A stretch of 62,829 nucleotides of DNA, counting the filler. It is 11 parts of 11 records of this genome, joined end to end, with 100 filler letters (N's around TTAATTAATTAA, not from the genome) between each part and the next. Parts side by side here need not be neighbours in the genome. Positions count along the whole stretch, not along the records: positions 44,504 to 54,381 come from SRR7504441_2759; positions 54,482 to 58,975 come from SRR7504441_2761; 9 more parts are not named here. One strand, given 5' to 3'. A program made the position numbers and the translations under genes. Of this stretch, positions 49,710-59,075 are shown piece after piece (the stretch's first letter is position 1; every line of letters begins with the position of its first letter). Below the pieces are notes generated by a model that did no database searches, was not told the origin of the DNA, and worked only from the letters and a program-made list of their open reading frames with translations.

Positions 49710-50903
49710 ATGCAGCAGCCTGCGCTCTCAGCGGCCCGCCCGGCCTACTGGGAGGAGCCGTCAGAGCCCAGGCCGGCCGCTTCGAGCGACCCGACCTCGA
49801 CGCACCACGCGCCCTACTGGGAAGGCTGCCTCCGGTGTGAGCAGCTCGAACGTGAGAATGCCGAGCTCCGGCGGGCGCTCGCCGAAAAGGAGCGAGCCCG
49901 GTCTGAGATGGAGCGGTGGGCCCAAGGAGCGGGCCGGGTCTGATGGCCGTCTGGCAGCGCGCGGGATTCGGCGGTGGCAGCGCATGATCGTGATGCCCGG
50001 CTGTGGGCCGCCGAGCGGGAAGGGCTGCGGGACGAGGCTGCCCGGCTGGAACTCAGGTGCTAGCCCGGCCTGTAGGGGGGCAAGCCCGTGTGGTGCAGCC
50101 TGCAGGCCGAGCGTCAGCGCTCTCAGGACCTGGAAGACCGGCTGAGGCGGCTGCAGGCGGCTTTGGAGGCCTCCGAAGCCGAGAGGACCAGACTGGCCGC
50201 CGCGCTCGCAGCTGCGGAGGCGGAGCGGGAGAGGCTAGCTCGCGCCCTGGCCGAGTCAGAGGAAGTGCGTCGGATGCTTGAGGCACGGCTGGCCGAGGCG
50301 GAGGCCGATAACAGCAGGCTGGCCGCTGAACTGGCCAGCTGCCAGGAGGCGCTCACGCTGGCCCGCGAGCTTGCTGCCAGGCTGCAGGCAGACTTGGCGG
50401 CGGCGCTGGCCGAGCGGGACGAGCTCAGGCGGCGGATGGCCGAGCTCGAGGCGGAGCTAGCCCGGCTGCAGGCGGAGCTCGATGAGGTTTGAAAGGCCAG
50501 CTGCCGGGCTAGAACCGGGACAGGCGACGGCCAAGATCGCGGCGCTGACTGCCGAACTCGCTGCAGCCCGGGCAGCGCTCGAGGCGGCCTTGGCAGAGAC
50601 GGAGCGGCTGAGGGCCGAGATGGATGCGCCCGGCAAGAAGCCGGAGGTGTGCGGGGCGGCTGGGCGGGTTGTGTGAGCGCTGGGCAGGTTTTGCTGACCT
50701 TCCCTTACTCCAAGGCACCGGCGTTGCTGTCCCCAAACAGGGTTGTGTGCTCGGTGTGCAACGGCTGGCGGACCTGGCAGCCACCCAGGCTCGATGACCA
50801 GGATGACGGCGACGAGCGATCGGCACCCGAGCTGCCGCCGTTTAATCACGATATCGTGCACCCAGAATTGTACCCGGAGCAGTACATTTGCGACCGGATC
50901 TAA
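49710..50903 (+). CDS. Coiled-coil hypothetical protein with CxxC motifs; 4 introns
   Basis: CLRC then A/E/L/R heptads, VCSVC near the C-terminus; frames joined by ~37-42-nt GT-AG introns. Confidence 0.7.
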
Positions 50904-51400
50904 TGCAAGCACGCGTGTACATACGTGCTTAACCATTTGCATTGCGCTGCACGCGGCGTACTGCAAATGCATAATAGTTTTAATTGATCTCAGATGATCA
51001 TTCACCTCGCGTAACATTGCGCGTGCACGTGCCTGACACGTGCGATGTTGGGGATCTGATCTGAATAGCGCATGTGTCTGAATCCAACCCTTCGCTTGAT
51101 TGTTTTTAAATCTCATCATTCTTATCATTCTAAATATAAGGAAAAGGGCCCTTCTTGCGCTCGTCGATTACTTCTTCGTGCGCACCGTACATGCGGTCCC
51201 GGCCCCGACTCTAGATCTCCTACATGAGGTTTGGCCTAGAATTCCGCTTCACACGCCGCTCGTTAGCCGACACGTCCCCTCGAAAGAGCATGGAGGACCG
51301 GTTCATCAGCGCGGCCAGTATCCTCCTGCAGGCCCGTTTCTTCGATGGCTTGAGTGACCGCCAAGCAGTGCGGTCTACGCAAAACGCAGGCAGCGGTCTA

Positions 51401-51440
51401 CGCGACCTGAACCAACTCCTCGCGACCTGAACCAACTCCT
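51401..51440 (+). repeat. Perfect 20-bp tandem duplication
   Basis: CGCGACCTGAACCAACTCCT x2. Confidence 0.9.
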
Positions 51441-51650
51441 CGTCGTACATCGGGGCCTGCGCGGCGGGCTCAGAACCGGCACGAGGCAATGTTGAATATA
51501 CCGTGGCCGCCGGAGCTTGAACAAGGGATGCGGCAGCCTCGGTTATGCAGTGATATTGAACAACATCTGGCGTCCATTGACATCTGGCGTGGCGGGAATC
51601 AGTTATCGGGCTCGCCCGCTTGAGGCTAGTTCTAGATGTCTAGAGCGCGC

Positions 51651-51950
51651 TTACATGGGGGTGCTCGCAGGGCAGTCGGAATCATAGTCGGTGTCCCCAT
51701 CTCCTGGAGTACACGATATCCCATACCCGTCTGTGGTTCCACCGGCGAGAGCGGATACTGAGAGCAGTTGCGGATCGATTGCGGTGCTCGCTGCAATCGA
51801 GGGCTCGGGGGAGGCCTCGCTCTCAGGAACGTCCTGCTGCAGGAACTCGCTCTCAGGGAGGGTGCTAACGTAGTCGGCGCTGGTCGGGATGGCGGTAGCG
51901 ACGCCCATGGCTAGGGCGAGCGCGATCAGGGTGAGCTTGGCGAGCGACAT
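51651..51950 (-). CDS. Small secreted acidic protein (99 aa)
   Basis: Clear signal peptide MSLAKLTLIALALAMGVATA; acidic low-complexity region; two Cys. Confidence 0.7.
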   Translation of the reverse strand: MSLAKLTLIALALAMGVATAIPTSADYVSTLPESEFLQQDVPESEASPEPSIAASTAIDPQLLSVSALAGGTTDGYGISCTPGDGDTDYDSDCPASTPM

Positions 51951-52417
51951 GTCTGCGGGTGGGCTCAAAAGCGCAAGCGCCGTGCGTGTTTCGGTTAGCC
52001 CGAGGATGACGGGCCACGCGGCCGTTGAGTCCTCCAACGTAATACGAGTACGGCTGGTGGAGTGGTGGTGCTTTTGCACGGATCCATGCGATCCATGCGA
52101 CGGGAGTCCGGCAGACTGGCGCAACGCTGCCGAGTTGGTGGGCCGGCTGCCCGACACGCTGCCGCTTCCTCGAGCTCGCCGGTCAACTGAGAACCAGGTA
52201 CTAAGCCGAACTCTCGATACATGTACAATCATGGTGTACATGTATAGAAATGTATAGAAACAATGCATGTCGAAACAATGCAGACTGTATAAATATTACT
52301 GGTACGTACTTACATGTACGCAACTCCACATAGTCTTCGGATCTATATCGTTACTATCGTAGGCTCTATAACTTAGTGTGCAAACTTCTAATTCAAGCGC
52401 AACCGTCCTCAGAGCTC

Positions 52418-54304
52418 TCACGGAATTGTCTTGGCTCGCACGAGCTTACTCACAGTCTGGCCTGTCGGCCGGAACAACCCGGCCGCCTTGCCCGCATTCC
52501 GACGCCACTGCATAAAGCTCCCAGCGGCCGTGTTGCTGTGCGCCACCAGCCAGCGGACCATGATCATCCCACCCGCCGTCTGATTGAGCGCGGCCAGGAA
52601 CCTCGCCTCTCCATTCTGCTGCAGGAACAGCCTGCGCAGCCCATCCGACCAGGCCTGCACCTTTGCCCTCTGGACCAGCCCTGCCGGCACCGCCAGATCG
52701 AGCGCGCTGTGCTCTTGGCTCAGCTTGGGCTGCGCCTCCTCCGGCGGCGATTCCAACTCGCGGATCCTGGCCGCGACGGCCGCGAGCTCCTCTTCCAGCC
52801 GCCGCTTCTGCTCTTCCTGATCAGCCAGTCCACCCGCCAGCTGCTCTTCAAGCATTTCTGCTCGAACTGTTAGGTAGCCGGCGCTTGCAAGCTCGGCCAG
52901 TCCGGACTCGATCTCGGCCATCTCCTCATCGGCCGTCTCGAGCACTGCGAGCTGCCAGACCAGCTCAGCGGCTCTGTCGTCACACGTCTGCAGCTGGTCT
53001 GGGCTCGGCTCACGAGAGGTCGCGCCATAGCTCACCGCGTCTGTCAGCACGTGCTCGGAGCCCATTGTGGGCAGCGGGCCGGCCAGCGAGGCCAGCACTC
53101 GCTGGTGGCAGCTGATCCGGGTGTTGACGGCCGCGAGCTCTGCCTGCAAGTATCGCTCGCGCTGCCAGAGCTCAGGGGCGTCCATCTCCCGGTCCCCGCG
53201 GTGCCGCTTGGACCCGCCCTCATGCCGCCGGCCCATCGAGGCCTCGTTGAGTAGCGTGACCAGCATTATGAGCCCAGCCACCCCCAGTGGCAGGCCGACT
53301 GTCGCCACGATGAAGTACACCAGCCAGCCGGCAGCCCAGCCCGATCCACCGCACATGGCTCCCCACATGTTTGCATCGCACTTGTCGTTGAATTTGTCTA
53401 CAATCGTCCAGATCGACCGGACCAACAAGACCCCGAGCGCCAGCAATAGCCCGCCCACTGGCATCACCGTATAGGCTGCTCCGTTCCGGGCGCCTGTTGC
53501 CATCCAGCCTGCACGCGACTGCTCGGGCACAAGCCTCATGTTTACATCCTCATAACCGGTCTGCGAGTGAATCGTCTGAGAAAACATGTCCTGGAGCGAC
53601 TCGCTCGGCTCCTCGCCCGGTCCGGTGCCGCCTGCACAAGCCGGGTACTTGGCCAGCTCTCGCCGAGCGGCCAGTTCGCAGTGGATGAGCGCCACAAGAG
53701 CGATAGAACCGGCACACACGGCCAGGATCCAGAAATCCACCGGCTGTGAGAGCGCCGGTGTGCGCGCCACGTAGCTGATTACGAGCCCGAACGGCAGCCC
53801 GAGCATCCAGGTGGCGTAGCAGCCCCACACAAGCGCGTTGAGCGTAGGGCTGTTGCTCCCAATCAGCCGGACGTGGAAGTCAGTGTGGCCGTTGCTGAAG
53901 TACTCGACGCAGTACAGGTGGCAGGCGAGCATGTCGTTGAGTATCCCGTACCCGGAGGCGGTGCACACCCCGAGCCCAAGCGCCCGGACGGTCGGATAAC
54001 GCCATTGGACAACCATTCCGATCGAGCCCAAGGTAGCCAGGCAGCTGCAGACCGCCAGGCTCCGGCCGCTATGGTGCGACGGGTTGGGTGGTCCATCCGG
54101 AAACGGCCCGGGCCCGCCGCAGCACTTCCATTCCTTGAGGCAGAGCGCGTACAGGAGCAGGCAGCCCGTGTAGACCAGCCCGGCCTCCCAGTCGTCATAG
54201 AAGGCGTACCCGAGGGAGGCCAGCAGCCCGGCGGCGAACGCGAGCACCATGGGCACGAAGCAGCACCCCAGGCACACCACGGTGCACACCTCTCCGCACC
54301 CCAT
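52418..54304 (-). CDS. Multi-pass membrane protein (YGILND...EYFSNGH family) + coiled-coil tail
   Basis: 628-aa uninterrupted ORF with ~8 TM helices; YGILNDMLAC..CVEYFSNGH..SPTLNALVWGCYATW motif. Confidence 0.75.
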   Translation of the reverse strand: MGCGEVCTVVCLGCCFVPMVLAFAAGLLASLGYAFYDDWEAGLVYTGCLLLYALCLKEWKCCGGPGPFPDGPPNPSHHSGRSLAVCSCLATLGSIGMVVQWRYPTVRALGLGVCTASGYGILNDMLACHLYCVEYFSNGHTDFHVRLIGSNSPTLNALVWGCYATWMLGLPFGLVISYVARTPALSQPVDFWILAVCAGSIALVALIHCELAARRELAKYPACAGGTGPGEEPSESLQDMFSQTIHSQTGYEDVNMRLVPEQSRAGWMATGARNGAAYTVMPVGGLLLALGVLLVRSIWTIVDKFNDKCDANMWGAMCGGSGWAAGWLVYFIVATVGLPLGVAGLIMLVTLLNEASMGRRHEGGSKRHRGDREMDAPELWQRERYLQAELAAVNTRISCHQRVLASLAGPLPTMGSEHVLTDAVSYGATSREPSPDQLQTCDDRAAELVWQLAVLETADEEMAEIESGLAELASAGYLTVRAEMLEEQLAGGLADQEEQKRRLEEELAAVAARIRELESPPEEAQPKLSQEHSALDLAVPAGLVQRAKVQAWSDGLRRLFLQQNGEARFLAALNQTAGGMIMVRWLVAHSNTAAGSFMQWRRNAGKAAGLFRPTGQTVSKLVRAKTIP

Positions 54305-54322
54305 CCTCGCGCGCGTCCGGAC

Positions 54323-54369
54323 ACAAGCTGTGAGGTGTCCTCCGCGGACAAGCTGTGAGGTGTCCTCCG
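54323..54369 (+). repeat. 22-bp direct repeat upstream of the membrane-protein gene
   Basis: ACAAGCTGTGAGGTGTCCTCCG at 54323-54344 and 54348-54369. Confidence 0.9.
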
Positions 54370-54703
54370 GCGGGCGGGGCGNNNNNNNNNNNNNNNNNNN
54401 NNNNNNNNNNNNNNNNNNNNNNNNNTTAATTAATTAANNNNNNNNNNNNNNNNNNNNNNNNNNNNNNNNNNNNNNNNNNNNGAACGGCCTAATTTAGGGT
54501 TAAATGTCCGTACAGTGTAAGCAAGCCCTAGTCATGGACCCAAGTACAGTGGCTATGATCTACCAACATAATTATTCCTATGTTCAGCACAAAAGCAACC
54601 TAGTGCTGTGTGCTCCAAATTGTTTTAAAATATACCCAAAATGGTGACTTGAGAATTACTTACGATACCAGTGATCATGACACTAACCAAGTACTTGTAA
54701 GTG

Positions 54704-56685
54704 CTAACGTTGTGTGACATTCCGGCGGCCACTAGTGCGGCGCCTCCTCGGGCTAGTGCTTTGCTTCAGTTGGGTTGATGGCCAGAGCTCATCGGAACGT
54801 TCGAAACAAGCTCCCTCGAGGCAGAAGCACTCGACTAGATGCTTTGGCAAAGTGCGATCCGTCCTCAGTTGCACGAGCAGCTCGTCGATCTCGTCCGCAG
54901 TCGGGCCCAACTTGACTTTCTGCACCAGGAGCCATCCATTCGAGCAGCTCTCCTTGGACGGGTCTGGTCGAGTGAGCAGCACCATATCACTGAGCACGAT
55001 CAGAATCCATTGATCGTCCCTGTCAGCAGCACTCACGCAGGCACTGATGGCACGCACCCGATCCGAGCTTCACACCATCCCTTGAACTCACGACGCATCG
55101 AGTCGCATATGTCGATCGGGGCGTCAGTCAAGTGCATCTCTTGCTCCTTAGCGGCCCAATAACCGAGCCGCTCGTCAACGGACCTCGTGCGCATGAGCGC
55201 CGGTGCCCCTGGCGTCACTGTGGTCCGTCTCTGCTCTTGAAGGAGGGGGGGTCCGCTAACGGCACTTGACCGCGGGGAGCTTGTCCACCGCCGGCCGTTC
55301 CCCTCCGCAGGGCTTCCACTCAGCGGGCTCCCCGCAGGGCTAGAGTTTGCTGAGCTGCCCGAGTCATAGCTGGCGAACCGGAGCTTAGATCGGCGCTGCG
55401 TTGCATTCGCCTCCCTGGCCGCGTCCCACCAGTGCAGAGTAAACGGCGAGGTCCAATCGAGCTCTTGCTGGACGCCGCTCAGCGCAGTGACCACCGGGTG
55501 GCTCAAGCCCTTGTGATTGCCTACAAGCCGAGTGATCTCCAGCTTGGCTGCCTCAAAGTCGGCATTTGTGTCTGCGTACCGCCTACCTGTGCTCCTAGTC
55601 ATGTGCAGCCTGTCTTTCTCCGGGGTCGGCCTGCATCCGGCCGGGAGGGTGGGCAGGTTGAGCAATTTCATCCGCTCCTTTAGAATGCAGTCGTACCCAA
55701 TCAGACCCTGTCCACATATTACTAGAACGCTCATTCAGCCGCCTACCTGCATAGGATCGAGAAGCAGGCTGTTGAACTTCAACGGCAGCTCCCCGTCATC
55801 CGAATGGAGTGTCTTGTCCAGTCGGCGCATTGACTGTTTAAACCGTCGATCCGAACGCTTCCTGGCCTCACACTGTCAGAGCACCAGCGGGGCCATTCAG
55901 CACCTCTGGGTGACTGCGTGCTTAACAGGCGTCATCAGCACCTGAAATTCGCACACCAGCTCCCACTGCGCCACCGCCTTCTCAAATACGTCCGCGTAAG
56001 ATCCGTTGCTCGCCGCCTTGCCTACTATTTGGACCATCCTCTGGCGTATAACTAGCATCTCCTTGCATACTTGAGTCAGCTTATCGAGGGCCTGGAGCAC
56101 CCAGCCGTGCGGATCGCTCTCGCCGTCCAGCCACAGTAGCCGCTGGGCCCGGAGCGGTCGCAGGTACTTGTTTACTAAGTTATTCATGTTGACCACTTGC
56201 TTGCGCGCCCGGCTCTTGAGCTCCTGAACGTTGGAGGCGCACATGAGCAGGTCCCGCCCGAAACGGTCCACCCCGTGGTTGTCGATCAGTTTGGTCAGTC
56301 GCCAACGGAACAGCCACCACCGGAGGAACCGCTTGATTACCCGCAGCGCCCGCTGCCGGAGCTGTCCGGCGCGCAGCTCAACCATCAGCGGGCCGTGACC
56401 CTGCTGCCACGGCTCCCACAGCCGGCTGCTCTCAAGCCGCCACTGGCCCGGGCTCTCCCCGGGGCTGAAATCGAGCGTCACCACCGCCCGGGTTGGCTGC
56501 AGCTGTTGGTCCCAGTCCGGCGTGAGTACTGGGGTGAGCAGCTCCGCCGGCGCGGCTGACCTCTCGGCCGGGCTCCCTTCGCGCGGGGTGGCCACAGCGG
56601 CCGGCCGGCGCCTCGGCGAGCGCCTCGGCGAGCGGATCGGCTTGCGGATCTCAGCCGCCGCCGGGCCCGACTGGCAGGCGCCCAT
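54704..56685 (-). CDS. Divergent RhoGEF (DH + PH-like) protein, N-acylated; 3 introns
   Basis: MGACQSG; spliced FNSLLLDPMQGLIGYDCILKE matches the DH consensus LxxLLIxPxQRxxxYxLLLKE; WILIVLSDMVLLT PH-like strand. Confidence 0.62.
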
Positions 56686-56827
56686 CACGCCACGCTGCGC
56701 TGGAGACCCGACTGCACTGCTGCCGGCCGGGCGTTCGGTTGATTGATCGCACCCGCAGCACCGCGCGTACCGGCAGGCTCGACTCACCGAGCGGCGGCGC
56801 AGTGCCTGTGGCGGCACACGGCTGTCC

Positions 56828-57784
56828 ATGCGAGCGGTGGGAGCAGGGCTGCGGCGGTGCAGCACCGCGGCGAATCGGTTCGCGCGGGACGGGTTTGTGG
56901 TCGTCCCGGAGGCCATCCCGCCGAGCTACGCCGCCGAGCTCGACCTGCTCTCCCAGGAGCTCTGCGCCCGGCCCGAGAACGCCGAGCTGCAGAGGGACCA
57001 GTTCACCGGCTCGCTCATCCCCGTGGCTCAGCACGAGCGGTTCGGGCGGTTGATCGGGCACAGTGGCACCCGGGCCGGTTTTGAGTCGGTGCTGGGGCGG
57101 GGCCCGGGCAAATGGCTGTCGGGGTTTGTGATTTCTAAGCCAGGCGGCTCGCCCTCTCTCGGGTGGCACCAGGATGGATGGTACTGGGACCAGCCGGAGA
57201 GTTATCAGCCGGGACCGGTCCAGTGCTTTGCTATGTACTATCTTACCGACACCACGGAGGCCAATGGCTGCCTGAGGGTCTTGCCGGGGAGCCACACCCG
57301 ACACACCGCACTGCACGACCTGCTGGGCAAGGCCCACTCGGAGGAGGTTCGGTCGGGTGGAGTAACCGACTGGGAGGCCCAAGCGGAGCACCAGGCGGTC
57401 GAGGGGACACTGAACGTTCCAGTGCAGGCCGGCAGCCTGGTGATCGGCGATGCCCGGCTGCTGCACGGCGCATGCCGCAACACAACCGACCAGCGCAGGT
57501 CGTTGATCACGCTGTGGTACTTGCCCGGGTATGATGAGTGCAGCCCTCAGTTTAAGCAGAACGTGGCATCGCTCCACCTGCACCAGAGCAGTTCTGTGTA
57601 TGAGTGGAGTCAAGCGGCGCGCTGCCAGATAGAGGACCTGCTGCCCGGGCTGTACGGGATGGCCAGCGGCGGCGACGAGAACCTATACGACCACAATTTA
57701 GGTTTCATGGACCGGCAGCCCGGCCACGCAATATCTGCATCCCCAGCAGCAAGAGCTGCGTATGAGCGAGCGAAAGCCGCGTGA
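56828..57784 (+). CDS. PhyH-family 2OG-Fe(II) dioxygenase, intronless
   Basis: FARDGFVVV, WHQD, LTDTTEANGCLRVLPGSH, LLHGA..N...RR. Confidence 0.9.
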   Translation: MRAVGAGLRRCSTAANRFARDGFVVVPEAIPPSYAAELDLLSQELCARPENAELQRDQFTGSLIPVAQHERFGRLIGHSGTRAGFESVLGRGPGKWLSGFVISKPGGSPSLGWHQDGWYWDQPESYQPGPVQCFAMYYLTDTTEANGCLRVLPGSHTRHTALHDLLGKAHSEEVRSGGVTDWEAQAEHQAVEGTLNVPVQAGSLVIGDARLLHGACRNTTDQRRSLITLWYLPGYDECSPQFKQNVASLHLHQSSSVYEWSQAARCQIEDLLPGLYGMASGGDENLYDHNLGFMDRQPGHAISASPAARAAYERAKAA

Positions 57785-57851
57785 CCCTGTAACACCTTTA
57801 ATGAGGCATAATAATACTCAAACTATGTGTATAGACAATCGCACGATAATA

Positions 57852-58534
57852 TCAGCCTTCACTGCCAGTCTGATCCATCGCCTGCAACCCTCGATTAATC
57901 TGCAAGTCGACCGGATTATCACAATCACCTCACGAATGAGCGCAGCAACGCGGCTCGAACCACGCTCCTCCGCCATCTGGAGCGGAGTCTTGCGCTCCTG
58001 TATCCGCTTAATGGTCGGCCGAGCCTGGCGCTCGCCTTGTCCTTGGCCCTTACGTCGGCCTTTGCCGCCAGCAGCAGCTGCACGACGTCCTCATGCCCGC
58101 AGTGCACCGCTTCATGCAGCGTAGTGTACCCAAACTGCCCGCAACAGGCTCTCACCTGGCTCGCCCGATCAGCGCACCGTGTCTGTCTTGAGCTCGGTAT
58201 CGGCCTTGGCCTCCAGCAGCAGCTGCACTCCCTCGGCGTCGCCCGCCTCAGCCGCCCGATGCAGCGCGGTCCAGCCACTCTGCCGCCTGCTCACCGGCCG
58301 GCAGGCTCAGCTGGGCACCCGCTCCTTCCCGTTGGGCCAGCCCTTGGCCTCCAGCAGCAACCGGACAGCCTCGGTGTGGCCACCGCGCGCGGCCAGGTGC
58401 AGCGCCGTCTGGCCGAATTGGTTCTCGGCCCGCAGTGCCGCGTGTCGGTCCCGGGCCAGCTGGCCGCTCAGAAGGGGCACGTCTCCCGACCCGGCAGCCC
58501 CGAGCACTTTCTCGTCACTCACCCCGCACCCCAT
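57852..58534 (-). CDS. Ankyrin-repeat protein; introns 58280-58318, 58135-58177, 57998-58035 and a probable fourth
   Basis: GQTALHLAARGGHTEAVRLLL, GWTALHRAAEAG..VQLLL, GYTTLHEAVHCGHEDVVQLLL, KTPLQMA. Confidence 0.9.
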
Positions 58535-59075
58535 CGCGCTGTCTTTCATAACGGAATTTACCCAACCTCTTACCAACCTCTATACTGACCGTGACCCTGC
58601 ACACAACCGACGTGGTCCCGAGACACCCACACGGATGTGGACCGGATGCGGAGACCGCCATAAGATACTTTCAAAGTATTCAATTAATGTCAATCAGTTT
58701 ATTGAACCGTGCTTCAAGTATAGCTTCAAGGTGCCTTCCATGCGTCAAACACGTCAGTGCCCGCCCGCTTGGCTTGAGCACGGACGCAATTCTCCATCCG
58801 GCGCCAGCCCTCCTGGCGCGGATCCCACTGCTCCTCGGCGTAGTGATGCAACGGATCATTCGCATCAGCCAGCCCGGCCTCCGCAGCCCATTGCTGCGCG
58901 TTCCCTCTGCACGCCCCCAGCCGAGTCGCGAGCCCATACATCCAAATCTGCCCCTCCATCACCCTCCCCCCCCCTNNNNNNNNNNNNNNNNNNNNNNNNN
59001 NNNNNNNNNNNNNNNNNNNTTAATTAATTAANNNNNNNNNNNNNNNNNNNNNNNNNNNNNNNNNNNNNNNNNNNN

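Noticed and set aside
51100-51500. Coding-like or mobile-element remnant around the 20-bp duplication
   Set aside because: No recognisable motif, terminal repeats or consistent frame on either strand.
54323-54369. CRISPR-like direct repeats
   Set aside because: Only two copies with a 3-nt spacer, no cas genes, eukaryotic context.
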